Shown in pieces: positions 12,750-25,507 of a stretch of 64,000 nt of DNA; within the stretch, counting starts at the first letter, position 1, and the number at the start of each line of letters is the position of its first letter. The notes beneath the pieces are model-generated. The model was not told the DNA's origin, did no database searches, and saw only the letters and a list, made by a program, of their open reading frames with translations. Position numbers and translations under genes: made by a program. The stretch comes from Mytilus californianus (taxonomy: Eukaryota): NCBI RefSeq assembly GCF_021869535.1, contig NW_026262745.1, forward strand, positions 86,738,001 through 86,802,000, in the 5' to 3' direction.

Positions 12750-13500
12750 TAGACACCTGTTTCTTGTTATAGACTATATATGTTGCCCTCCTGATGTTCT
12801 TATGTTGTTTTTGTCGTTCGATTGCTGTCGTATTGAGGTATAACCCACATCTCCAACAGTTTGAGTTCCGTTTGATTACTTTTAAATCAGTTTCTGACAA
12901 ATCATAACTGAAAGGGTTATTGAGTATAGATTAATTGCTTTCTTTCCCCCAAGCCATGAATATACCCAGAGGAAGATTAATCTTTGAGAGATTTACCTAA
13001 ATTCTATAGTACATAGTAAGCAGAAAAAGTTTCACTTTTCAGCCTTTACCATAATCTCCCCTCCTGTCACAATATTTCAATTCTAATTTTAAGTACATGT
13101 CATATCCAAACGAAGTCTGGTTAATTTGCAACTTATATTTTGTTCCTGTTTTGGCACATACTTAAATATGAACCTCATTAAATTCGATCTCAAAACAGTC
13201 ACTATAAAGGAATACATATTTAAACGATCTAAATAAATTCCATTGCGCATAAAACTAATCCAAATCCTATTCAATCATTTGGTGATTCCAAAATACGTTT
13301 TTACTTGGCAAAAATTACAATCATTTTTTTTGTGTGTATCTTGTATAACTTTGAAACACTGATTTAAGATTTGCATTGTCCACATAATATCATACAATGT
13401 TCCCAGTTTAAGGAATACAAAACACGCTTTCAATTTTTTTTTAAAGTTGTTAATTAATTTACTATGTCGTAATTGCTTGGTCAGTGGCGGATTCAGGGAG
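12750..13500 (+). repeat. Diverged duplicate of the WSC gene intron 2 segment (24510-25310)
   Basis: Co-linear matches include gacacctgt, tatatgttgccctc, cccacatctcc, gaggaagattaatct, aacctcattaaattcgat and cagtggcggattc. Confidence 0.75.
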
Positions 13501-14721
13501 CGAACAGAGCGTACGCTTACCCGTTGATAAATTTATATTTTTTTTAGTATAAAATCATCAAATTTGTTTTATCCTCACTACACTCCGCGTTAGTTCTTCA
13601 TCTGTATATCATAACTGAATAGTGAATTAGTCTTAATTTCAATCAAATGTATAGTAACTTTTTTATTCTTAATATTTAGGTATAAGCGTTGTCTATTTTT
13701 ATATGACAAGACCACAGTGGCAACAACATCCTTTAAATGTAGAATTCATTATAAAAAAAAATATGTCGACAGTGTTCAAGCATCATCGGACACAGTTTTG
13801 TTTTATAAGACAGCTGATTGGATAATAGTGACAGATTCCAACGCCTACATTAAACTGATGTCCAATCAAATGCCTTCAGAAACCTGTCAATGAAAAAATA
13901 TTGCAAACATGGATAAGTTAGAGATTTGATTGTGTATTAGATATTTGAAAAAAAAAAGTAAAATAGTTACTATTCGTTCAACACTAAATTGCAAAGAACG
14001 TGTCGTGTAACAACCCTCCCCCTTTTCCCGTTTTCGCCTTCTTATTTTAACACTTTCTTTTTAAACGGAGAAATATAAAATATGACCGTACTACAAGTTT
14101 CTGAATTTTACAAGAATTCTATATAGCAACGTGTGATTCACGGAATTGTCATATTTTCAAGATTTGACAGACCTCTGTAAAAGTTAGTTGATACAATGTG
14201 CAAAAAAAAAAAAAAAAAAATCCACCAAATTATTTGCAAATTGGAAAAGATTAAAAATAGTTTTATATCCGTACTAAAAATCTTTTGCAATAATTGAAAT
14301 AAAACAAAAAAATATGTTTCTCTCTGCCTGAATGCAATCGAAAACAAATTTTCATTTTACTCTTTATCTATTTGCAAAAGACGAAGAATGATCAAATTAT
14401 TAAAAGACAAAATAAGGATAATATACAAGTGTGTACTACCATCCAGGTAAACGAGTTTTCCATAAAGTAACTAATCCTTAATTCACAACCGTCCATATAC
14501 ATGCAAAACTCTGGATTCATTTTTTATATGTACTTGATAGATAGATCATAAAAGACATATCTAACATTAACTTCGATGGCAAAAATGAAACAATAAATGT
14601 TTTTTTTTTGTAAACGAGTAGCAAATTGAATAAGGAAATTTTGTTGAAAGAAAATTAAAATATATGCACATCTTTATAAGTAAAGTGGCAAAAAACACAC
14701 ATATAGAGTTTTCCTTTTTTA

Positions 14722-15090
14722 GATGACGGTTCCTTTGGCTTCATCATACGGTGTTTATATATCCCAACGCGTTCGTTATGCCCGTGTGTGTAGTGATGTC
14801 ATAGATTTTTACGAACGTAATCAATGCATCACTGGTAAATTATTAAGTCAGGGATTTCGTTACCATGAATTACGTAAAACTTCACTAAATTCTTTCATAG
14901 ATACAAACATTTGATAAGTAAGTCTGGCTGTACCTATAGAAAACTGATTAAAAACGGTATTTCACATCCTACATTTTACGGTATTATTGTACTTAAAGCG
15001 CGGAAATCACTATGTGATCCATGTAAACTGATCGAACCTTTAAACAAACTTATTAGTAAAGGTTATCTTACCAATGTTGTAATTAGATCT
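14722..15090 (+). mobile_element. Naiad-type family C RT thumb fragment
   Basis: VPLASSYGVYISQRVRYARVCSDVIDF...KLIKNGISHPTFYG; nearly identical to the minus strand of 34430-34745. Confidence 0.85.
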
Positions 15091-15661
15091 AAAACATACA
15101 ATGAAATATAAAACAACTCGACCAAGGACAGACAACACAATATTCAAATGGATAATGAAAAATATAACAACTCGATCAAGGACAGACAACACATTACTCA
15201 AACTTATAATGAAAAGTATAACAACTCGATCAAGGACAGACAACACAATACTCAAACGTATAATGAAAAATATAACAACTCGACAAAGGACAGACAACAC
15301 ACTACTCAAACATATAATGAAAAATAAAACAACTCAATAAAGGACAGACAACACACTAATCAAACATATAATGAAAAATAAAACAACTCGATCAAGGACA
15401 GACAACACAATACTCAAACATAAAATGAAAAATAAAACAACTCGACTAGGACAGACAACACAGTACTCAAACATATAATGAAAAAAAAATTGACCAAGTA
15501 CAGACAACACACTACTCAAACGTATAATGAAAAATATAACAACTCGATCAAGGACAGACAACACACTACTCAAACGTATAATGAAAAATGTAACTACTCG
15601 ACCAAGGACAGACAACACACTACTCAAACATATAATGAAAAATAAAACAACTTGATCAAGG
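15091..15661. repeat. 54-bp minisatellite array, block 1
   Basis: Unit aaggacagacaacacactactcaaacgtataatgaaaaatataacaactcgatc, about 10 copies. It produces the spurious 18-aa-repeat ORFs in the track. Confidence 0.95.
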
Positions 15662-17696
15662 CACTACAAACCAGTAAAAGTCTGAAATGGCCTATATCTG
15701 TACTCGACTGTACTGATTTTTACTCGACCAGTCTGAATTGGTCTGAAATTTACTTAATAATACTCGACTGTAGTCTGAACCATACTTAACAGTCTGAACT
15801 TCTACTCGACCTTTACTCGACTAGTACTTAACCATTTTATACGTGTCTGAACCATGCTCGACCTAGTCTGAACCATACTCGACCTAGTCTGAACCATACT
15901 CGACCTAGTCTGAACCATTCTCGACCTAGTCTGAATCATACTCGACCTAGTCTGAACCATATTCGACCAATTTAGTCTTAACCAAACTAGACCTATTTTT
16001 TGTATCTATCTATTGTTTTTCATCAATTTAGGAACTGTTTTTAACAACAGCTATTTCCCCTGGCTAGAAATTTCAACAACAATTTGAAATTACAAATGTA
16101 TTCAATATAGCATTGAAACCAAAATTTCACAATAAACATAATATAACTTCAACACCATATTCATCAACACTTACATATATGTATCACCTTTAAAATAAAG
16201 ATAAAACAAGCTGATCAAATAATCTCAAAACTGAATTGTGACTTATATTTTCAATGTTATTCAAAATTTTTTGAATGTTTCAGATATATTTTATGGTTAC
16301 TGGACAGTATTAACCATTAACTTAAGCCTAGTACATGTATAGATTTATGGTGTCAGTTGAGTTTAGTTAATAATGCAGTGAACTTTTTTTTTATTAAAAT
16401 ATATATAAAATAGTATATAAAGCAACTTAATAAATTTAAAAAATGACACCCTTGTTTTGTAAAACCAAGAATTTAATATCATGATAATAGAACTTCCATA
16501 GTAATCCTTGATAACCTTTTAAAAAAGGAAATGTGTTCCAAAGTTGCAGAAAAAATTTATTTCAATTAAATTTAAATAACTTTTGTCAAAATTAAAGACA
16601 TGGCATAAAGAAGCACTTTAATAAGGTTTAATTACCTCAGTACATGTGTGTTTTACAGGTAAAAAGAAAGCCCTATTTTTCTTAAACTCGTGTATTACTT
16701 ATCTAGTGAATTCAAAAGGCCTTGTGATTTAAGTTAAACAGGATGTTGCAATTTTGAATGAATGTTATTAAGAATTTAATACTCTCTGACCAGGTGTGAT
16801 CTTTTTAATGAGTTTGCCCCAAGCAGGAGGTATTACTTAATACTTCACCACTAATCAGAAGAACAATTTTATTAATTTCTTTAATTTTTTATCCCTTTTT
16901 GATATATATATTATATATAATATATCCCAAATTATAATAAAATATTTATTTCCAATATAAGGTTTAACAATTGTGATTTTGTTGGCTGTTGTTGCCTCAT
17001 TAAAAAGATAATTGTATAACTATTGTATGTAACCATGAAACCTATGTAGTTTTTATTTAGGAATTTAGAAAAATTAAGTTTTAAAAAAAAAAACATGCCA
17101 AACAAGAAGCACCTTAATAAGGTTTTATTACCCTCAGTATAGGTGTGGTTTTAAGGTAAAAAAAATCTTTTTTTTTTAACAAAACTCTAAACCTTTAAAA
17201 TTAATATAATTAAATTATTATATAAGATAATTTGATTTAACTATCTCTATTTGATAAATCTGAGAATCATGTAAGGATGAAAAAATCTGTTTATGTATAT
17301 ATATATCTTTATTTTATTGTGGCTGTTGTCATGTCAGTTAAAAAGAAATTTATTTTAACAGTTAAAATTAAAAAAAAGTAAAGGTTATTTGGTCAAGTAT
17401 GGTTTAGACTGGTCGAGTACTGTTCAGACCTTTGGTCGAGTATGGTTTAGACTGAAAAAATAGGTCGAGTACAGGTCGAGAATGGGTTAAGACTGTTTCA
17501 GACTGGTCGAGTAATAGTTCAGACTATTTTCAATGGCAAATATAAGGGTCAAGTACAAATCAGTACAGTCGAGTATGGTTAAGACTGGGGTCGAGTAATG
17601 TCCAGTAAAATTCAGACCAATTCAGACTGGTCGAGTTAAAATCAGTACAGTCGAGTACAGATATAGGCCATTTCAGACTTTTACTGGTTTGTAGTG
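15662..17696. mobile_element. Non-autonomous CACTA (EnSpm/CMC) DNA transposon, 2035 bp
   Basis: Long TIRs (~90 bp) start CACTACAAACCAGTAAAAGTCTGAAATGGCC at both ends. 3-bp TSD AGG at 15659-61 and 17697-99. 21-bp subterminal repeats atactcgacctagtctgaacc. No transposase ORF. Confidence 0.9.
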
Positions 17697-18210
17697 AGGG
17701 GAGACACCACACTACTCAAACATATAATGAAAAATAAAACAACTCGACAAAAGACAGACAACACATTACTTAAACTTATAATGAAAAATATAACAACTCG
17801 ATCAAGGACAGACAACAGACTACTCAAACATACACTGAAATATAAAACAACTCGACCAAGGACAGACAACACAATATTCAAATGGATAATGAAAAATATA
17901 ACAACTCGATCAAGGACAGACAACACAATACTCAAACGTATAATGAAAAATATAACAACTCGATCAAGGACAGACAACACACTACTCACACGTTTAATGA
18001 AAAATGTTACAACTCGATCAAGGACAGAGAACATAAATTACTCAAACATATGATGAAAAAATGAGACAACTCGATCAAGGACAGACAACACACTACTCAA
18101 ACGTATAATGAAAAATGTACCAACTCGATCAAGGACACAGAACATAAATTATTCAAACATATAATGAAAAATGTGACAACTCGATGAAGGACAGACAACA
18201 CAATACTCAA
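17697..18210. repeat. 54-bp minisatellite array, block 2
   Basis: The same unit resumes in register after the CACTA TSD. Confidence 0.95.
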
Positions 18211-18449
18211 TCGTCTATTATTATACTTCATGTCAAAATGCCAGATTTTGATTGGTTAATACGAGGGAGACAATTTACTCTATCCCATGATAAATACTCT
18301 ATTACCCTTCACGGAGACGCTTGATATAGTGTGGTCTTTATTAAATACGGATGGTTGTTATGTACAAGACGTCATAGTTTATTACTTTTAATTTGAAATT
18401 TAATAGACATTAATAACAGAACATGTATTATATACATATGCACTTTGAT

Positions 18450-18690
18450 GGATCTACAATCTGTCGATACCTGTATCTTGGCATTGCACAAGGTCATGTT
18501 TTTCTCTGACCGTTTATGACGTCTTTACACTAAATCCATTGGATGTAAGATGTGTACTGATTGATAATTTAGTCTTCGATGCATGATTTTTTTTTATTAG
18601 TTTGTATTTGCTTTGAACTAGCTGTCAGTAACTGCGAGTACTCTCAGGTATGTACTTGGTTTGTTTTTGTTGTTGGGATGTACAAGTTCC
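18450..18690 (+). mobile_element. 3' UTR fragment of a family C-related Naiad-type element
   Basis: Shares ctgtcgatac...ggcattgcac and aactagctgtcagtaactgcgagtactctca with the minus strand of 34081-34280. Confidence 0.75.
18516..18565 (+). promoter_or_regulatory. SECIS element, family C variant
   Basis: ATGAC-GTCTTTACACT-AAA-TCCATTGGATGTAAGAT-GTGTACTGAT-TGAT; helix II has 8 of 10 positions paired. Confidence 0.65.
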
Positions 18691-18805
18691 AGGCCCAGGC
18701 CTCTACAATAACTTTTTTTTCATCTTGCCCAATAGGACAAGTACATACCAAAACTAACTTGTCCGAATGGAATTGTAACTTGTCAAAAAAACAACCTTTG
18801 TATTT

Positions 18806-19622
18806 AAATTGAGAATGGAAATGGGGAATATGTCAAAGAGAAAACAACCCGACCAAAGAACAGACAACAGCCGAAGGCCACCAATGGGTCTTCAGCGCAG
18901 CGAGAAAATCCCGCACCCGGAGGTGGTCCTCAGCTGGCCCCTACATAAAATAGTGTACTAGTTCACTGAAAATTGACGTCACACTAAACTCCAAAACATA
19001 TAAATGAACTAAAATTAAAAAACATACAAGACTAACAAAGGTCAGAGGCTCCTGACTTGGGACAGGCGCAAAAATGCGGCGGGGTTAAACATGTTTTGTG
19101 AGATCTCAACCCTCCCCTATACCTCTAGCTAATGTATAATAAGGAAACACATAGTAATACGTACAGTAAAACTCAGTTCAAAAGAAGTCCGAGTCCGATG
19201 TCAGAATAGGTAACAAAAGAAATCAAGCAAAATGACAATGATACATAAATAAACAAAGGACTACTAGCAGTTACTGACATGCCAGCTCCAGACCTCAATT
19301 AAACTGATTGAAAGATTATGTTTTCATTATATGAAAATTAAGTACAATCCCTCACGTTAGGGGTTTAGTATCATACCATCATAAAATATATGAGAAGAAC
19401 ATAACCCGTGTCATGCCAACAACTGGTTTTAAATTAAATGTGTTTATTTCCGATGCAAAGACCCTATGAGTGAATCAATATCAATACCAAGATATGCAAT
19501 CCTACTGACTTGACAACAGTATTGTAACTATATCCTTTCCGAATAAGTCTGTTTAAAGGTTTGGTTAGCTTTTGAGGTGAATGCTGACATTTTTGTGCTT
19601 TGTAAAGAATATTACCATAAAA
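18806..19622 (-). mobile_element. Naiad-type family B 3' end, with a degenerate SECIS at 19337-19382
   Basis: Co-linear with 4658-5475. The 3' TGAT of the SECIS core reads TAAT in this copy. Confidence 0.9.
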
Positions 19623-19654
19623 AAAGTTAATGTACATTAATTAGACCATTATTT

Positions 19655-19830
19655 TTCTCTAATGAATTGTTTTACATTTGTCATTTCGGGGCCTTTTATA
19701 GCTGACTGTGCGGTATGGGCTTTGCTCATTGTTGAAGGCCGTACGATGACCTATAGTTGTTAATTTCTGTGTCATTTGGTCTCTTGTGAAGAGTTGTCTC
19801 ATTGACAATCATACCACATCTTCCTTTTTA
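19655..19830 (+). mobile_element. PLE 3' tail fragment
   Basis: Ends gttgtctcattgacaatcataccacatcttccttttt. Confidence 0.75.
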
Positions 19831-19832
19831 TA

Positions 19833-19905
19833 AACACCATACTCAAACATATAATGAAAAATGTAACAACTCGAACAAGGACAGACAACACCATACTAAA
19901 ACATA
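19833..19905. repeat. 54-bp minisatellite, residual block 3
   Basis: aacaccatactcaaacatataatgaaaaatgtaacaactcgaacaaggacagacaacacc. Confidence 0.8.
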
Positions 19906-20527
19906 TAAAGAAACAATAGAGCCAAAACATTGACTGACAAGCACCGTTATCAAATATATATATATATTAAAAATCAGAAATTAAAAAAAAGGACACCAAA
20001 ATCATAATTTAACATAAAAAAAAGCATTACAAACTCATAGAAAAACAACAGCATTATCATATCGAAACATAATAGAATACTTATGTTCTAATTTGTAATA
20101 ATTAAACAGGTTAAACGAACATAAATTATTTAAACAATAAAACTCAACACATGTATCAGAAATGTACGGAAGCGTATAACCAACATTTCAAAATTCCAAA
20201 ACTATAAAAATGAGCAGCTCATGAGTCGTCCTGAATATGCATGTCATATTTGCCAGTTGATTAACCATTGCTTAAACAAGACAAAGGCAGTGGGTTGCTT
20301 TTAGGAAATCAAACAGGCCTTAAAAACCAACCATAAAACAATAGATGCTAAATGTTCTCAAATCTGACTATCCTATGACAATGTCGCGGGAAACTAAAAC
20401 ATGGAATATGGGAAAACAATTTTTTTTTTCTCAACATGCATGTTCTTTCCAAGTTAAACTTTTCATTATTAAATGCTAATCCATATCATAATTTAAGAAC
20501 AAGACCAATTTCTGAATTAAAATTGCA

Positions 20528-21049
20528 AAAAGTGGGACGAAAGACACCAGAGGGACATTCAAACCCATAGATCGAAAACAAAATGACAACGCCATGGCCA
20601 ACAATAAAAAGACAAACAGACAAATAATAGTACAGATGACACAACATAGAAAACTAAAGACAAAGCAACACGAACCCTAACAAAAACTGGGGGTGATCTC
20701 AGGTGCTCCGGAAGGGTAAGCAGATCCTGCTTCACATGTGGCACCCGTCGTGTTGCTTATGTTATTACAAATCCGGTAAATAGTCTAATTCGGTAGGTCA
20801 CATTCGTCATAAGGAACATATCCGATATCATCTGTGAAACGGTTATTCCATAACGGTCAACCAACTCGTGATGGCGTCCGTAAAATTTACGAAGGGATGA
20901 TTTCAACTTCACCATTTGGAACTCTTGGTTTAATAGCTTCCTTGTGAGCAGCAATCCTCTATCAAGGAAATCATGATAGGAAATACAAGCCCGGGAATAT
21001 CGTATCAATTGGGAGATAAATACTCCTATGTATGCAGGTGCTGCTGGAA
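20528..21049 (-). mobile_element. Naiad-type family A, short 5'-truncated copy
   Basis: ORF 20757-21008 (IRYSRACISYHDFLDRG...) and tail closely match 292-840; a small internal deletion is present. Confidence 0.9.
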
Positions 21050-21149
21050 CAAAATATGCGTATTACGCGTTAATAATGTGTGTCCCTGTCTCCTCTTTCT
21101 AAAATTGTAATAACTGTGTATGAATACCAATATAAAAGTTTAAACACTT

Positions 21150-21500
21150 TGAAAAAGTCGAAATTTCTAAATTTCTAAATTCAAAATTTTATTTGAAAAG
21201 TCGCAATTTTGAGGGTTTTTTTTGTTTAAAAACTTCAAGCTTAAATCAAAACTTCGAGATTTTTAAAGTTGACGTTTTGAGTTAAGTCAAAATTGCGAGT
21301 TTTAAGTCGAAATTTGGACTTTTATAAAGTCGAAATTTCGAGTTCGAATTTTTAAAATCGAAATTTCAATATCTTAAAAAATCAAAATTTAAAGTTAAAG
21401 TCAAAATTTTGAGATTTAAAAAGTTAAAATTCGAGTTAAAGTCGAAATTTAAGATTTGAAATGTCAAAATTTCTACTTTGAGTAAAAAGTTTAATGCCAA
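21150..21500. repeat. Degenerate AT-rich tandem repeat (aaagtcgaaattt-like units)
   Basis: Recurrent aagtcgaaattt / aaaattcgagtt motifs. Confidence 0.6.
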
Positions 21501-23614
21501 TTTTATTTTTACTATGTCCCTATGATACATAGAAATGAGCTCTCCTTGTGACAAAAGCATACTTTTGATATTTCTCAAAAATCAGTTTAATTTTCTCCAC
21601 GATATCCTAAAAAATAACTACTAGTTCTTAGCCAGTATGTTTGAGGGGCATTAGCTACGAGATACAATGTACAAAAAAAAAAAAAAAAAAAATTAAAATA
21701 CACAATTTATTTTGTTCAATTATTGATACATTTTCAAAGTGAAATAATGATCATAATTCGTTTAAGCAGCCAGTCCGATTCAATTTTGTCAAAATCATCT
21801 AAAAAGCATCGTTGATGAATTATTCGTCTGCGAGTGCATATTTCAAACTCATTGAATCCGTATTCATCTGACATTCAATTTAACCCCTTAGCTGAGATGA
21901 TTACCGCATGTATTCAGCTATTAAAAAGAAGAAAAAAATGTCAAGATTAAAAGTAAAACAAAAATACACACGAAATGCAAATACATATCGTCGAGTCCAT
22001 GCATTTTGATTGTTAATTTTAGACTTTTTGTAATTTAGATATTCGTTTAAGTATATGTCATTACTTAGATTTGAGTCGGTTAACACGAATTTGACAGTTA
22101 ATGCCCCTTTACACAGTAATACGTATATAAACTCAATCAAATGCAGCAATTCAGTAAAACATAATCATACATCAAGCTACAAAACAAGAAATATAATATA
22201 AATGTTAAGCATTAGAAATAGCCATTACTGTTAACACAGGAAAAAACGACTGTCGAGATGATTGGTGTATGTGTGGAAAGGGGGTGGGGGTTGTTTATAA
22301 AAAAAACAGGCAGTTGTACGTAGTATGCTACTCAGCTAAAGTCAGAACTTTGAATTATTGCATTATAAATTTTGTTTAGTTTATATGAAACAGCAAACAC
22401 GAAACACAGGACCCAAATCCTACGTTACCTAGAATACCCACGATGCGACAAATTACATCCAATGAAAACCATTATAAATTATTTAGGTGTTTTTGTTGAT
22501 GTAGAGAAACACATGCGTTTTACCTAAACAAATACATGTGCTTTCATACTATAAATAAATATATAACAACAACCAGAACATGAACAACCAACAATTTAGC
22601 CAAGTTAAAAAAAAAACAGAACACAAACTAGAACAAGAAAAATACAACATCATCAAACGTTAAGAAAAATAACAAAAGACAGCTGTAATGATGACTTTTA
22701 ATTTGGAAAAAACTAAATACTTGACCAAGATTTTTGTTGTTTTGTTTTGTCACGTAGGTATCTTAATTTGCGTTGTTTAAGAGGGGAAAATACAAACATT
22801 GTTTCCTACAAGCTTCCTCGCCGGTTGTTTTATTACATGCGGTATGTCATACTAATGTATATAACAAATCGGAGCCCTTCTAGGTCTATTCAGTACTATT
22901 GAATTCATCGCACTTTAGAAGAGGTAAGAACTTATACGTAAAAATAGTTATTATGTATACGCTTTTCACTTTTTTATTCTGTTTTTTTTTTTTTTTTTTT
23001 TTCATTTTTCCATTTTGTACACAAAATGACTTGAATGTGTGATTGTATGGCGTTACATGCAAACTTAATATACGCACTACTCATTGATACCTGGTTTGAT
23101 TAAGTTTGATTATGTTTGATTATAAAATAAATGAAACAATTATATACTGACTTTTCAGTGATACAATGTACAAGTTACTGTATAATAAATTCATTTGAAT
23201 TTACAAAAAAAAAAAAAAGATTGATCAGTCTAGGATGTATATACGAAAGCAGCCTATGATTTACCTAATCGACCTTTTTCAGGTTCCTAAGTATGCATAC
23301 ACGTACATTATAATTTTAGAATGTCTGCCTATAATATCGTTGCATATTCCAAACAGCAACGCGATCGATAACTCCCGTGTCCGAAAGGTTTAGCCTATTA
23401 TTTTGGAGTACCCTCGTAAAAAGTAGGTTATATTAGTAGGCTGGTATGACTTTGAAACAAAAACAAAATAAGAAAAAGGATACGGCCTCATTTCATTTAT
23501 TAGATTACGAGTTAATTGAAACAACTTGAACATTTCTGAAAATAAACCTATTGTCCTTGATAATTTTCCACATAACTGATTGAAGACCAAATAATTATTA
23601 ATTCACAAATGTAT

Positions 23615-23749
23615 CAATCTAATTAAAATTAGTTCTCCTCACTTGCTCCTCATTTTCGTTCGGTTGTTTTATATGTGTCCCACGCGCGACATATAAACAA
23701 CCGAACGAAAATGAGGAACAAGTGCGGAGAACTAATTTTAACTAGATTG
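23615..23749. mobile_element. 135-bp fold-back MITE with a 9-bp TSD (Mutator-like)
   Basis: Arms of ~60 bp are near-perfect inverted repeats. Direct repeat CAAATGTAT at 23606-14 and 23750-58. Confidence 0.8.
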
Positions 23750-23870
23750 CAAATGTATTGCTCTGCTATCACGAAAATAGCTTAATGATATTGTTATTAA
23801 TTTGAAGCTGTTCTGGTGATAGCCAATACTCTATGAACGTGTTTTTTTTCTTGTTTTGCAGCTAATCAAA

Positions 23871-23979
23871 ATGAGAAGTCTGTTTGTCTGTATTTTGGTA
23901 TTTGTTGGTACCCAGCAACTAGTACGTTTAGATGAGATTGGCCAGTGTGTGTCGTTAATTGAACAAGTTGCAACAGAAG
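23871..23979 (+). CDS. Secreted single-WSC-domain protein, coding exon 1 (signal peptide)
   Basis: Acceptor ttttgcag at 23854-61. Translates MRSLFVCILVFVGTQQLVRLDEIGQCVSLIEQVATE-G. Donor gtaatt, phase 1. Confidence 0.75.
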
Positions 23980-24260
23980 GTAATTAATACTTGTGTTTCT
24001 TTTTATGCAGAAAAGTAGGTTGTTAGCCTTGAATACTTTATGAATAGATATATTTGAACAAATCTTGACCTCGGCCATTAAATTCCATAAATAGCAAAAT
24101 TCAAAATTACCCATAAGCCCTTTATTTCAACGAATCTGGTTGTTTTCTTGCAGTATTTACTTGATAAATATGCAGTAAACACTCACTTGAACATAGGTTT
24201 CCTCCATAAGCTTGGAAATCTCATGGCTATTCACATATGTATAATGTGTTTTTTTTTCAG

Positions 24261-24388
24261 GTTACCTTGGATGTTTTAGGGATATAGATAATACTATGCT
24301 ACCATCAAGAACTGTCAAAGGATTTCAAAAATTAACTCTGAAGAAGTGCCAACAACAATGTCAGGGCTACACATTTTTAGGACTGCAA
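24261..24388 (+). CDS. WSC-domain protein, coding exon 2
   Basis: Acceptor tttcag; GYLGCFRDIDNTMLPSRTVKGFQKLTLKKCQQQCQGYTFLGLQ; donor gtaggt. This is the classic WSC N-terminal half; phases 1/0. Confidence 0.9.
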
Positions 24389-24892
24389 GTAGGTTAAATA
24401 TGTTATCCAATTAAATATCTTATATACTCAATGGATAACTTGTATTTCAATTTGATTATGCGCATAGCTATTTACTATTTGTATAGCCGTTTGATAATAT
24501 GTACAGCATGACACCTGTCTATTGTTACACTATATGTTGCCCTCTAGATGCGCTTAGGTCGTTTTTGTCGTTTAATTGCTGCCTTTTTGGCGTAAAAACC
24601 CACATCTCCTACAGTTTTAGTTCCGTTTGATGTGCTTTTAAATCGGTGTATGACAAATGATAAATGAGAGGGTTATTAAGTATAGAATAAATTGTTTCTT
24701 TCTCTCAAGAATATGCTCAGAGGAAGATTAATCTAAGAGAAATGTACTTAAATTTAAAGTGCAAATTAAACAAAACAAAAAAAGTTTCACTTTCCAATCT
24801 TTAACTCCGACCCCCTATTCCCCCCATATATTTTTGTTCTTTTGTATTCATTTTGAGGTCATGCCCAAACTATACGAAGTCTGATTGATCTT

Positions 24893-25078
24893 ATAAAAAA
24901 GAAGATGTGGTATGACTGCCAATGAGACAGCTCTCCACCAGAGACCAATTAACATAGAATTTAGCAACTATAGGTTACCGTACGGCCGTCAACAATGAGC
25001 AAAACTTATACTGCATAGTCAGCTATAAATGGCCCCGAAATGACAAATGTATTACAATTCAAACGAGAAAATTACTAA
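24893..25078 (-). mobile_element. PLE 3' tail inserted in WSC intron 2
   Basis: aagaagatgtggtatgactgccaatgagacag...; absent from the paralogous block at about 13120-13140. Confidence 0.8.
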
Positions 25079-25507
25079 TATATTTTTTTCTGTTCTGGCA
25101 CAACCTCATTAAATTCGATTTCAAAATAGTCACTCAAAAGGAACAAATATTAACAAACGTCGTAATACATTCCATTGAGAACAAAACTAATCCAAATCAG
25201 GTTTCAGCTATTTGGATACTTTAAAAAATCAAAAAATTTGGAACGACAAAGGGTATGCTAAGTTGTTAGTTGATCAACTATGCCGTAATTGGCAGGTCAG
25301 TGGCGGATTCAAAGGGGTAGTGCGCCCCCCCCCCCCCTTTTGATTGGAAAATATAAAATGTTTAATCCTAAAATCGTCTATTCCTTTCAAAAATTCTAGA
25401 TCTGTCCATAAAGATAAGAGTACATTTCAACTGTGCAGTAAATCTGAGGTAGTTAATACACACCTTACCTGTGCATTATCCAGATTATAGCACAGTTAGA
25501 ACAATGA

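Noticed and set aside
15040-18064. ORFs with 18-aa repeats (TTRSRTDNTLLK... and SVLDRVVIFFII...)
   Set aside because: They are by-products of the 54-bp minisatellite being open in several frames on both strands. There are no splice signals or unique domains.
15091-18210. CRISPR-like appearance of the regular repeats
   Set aside because: The units are contiguous with no unique spacers, there are no cas genes, and the context is eukaryotic.
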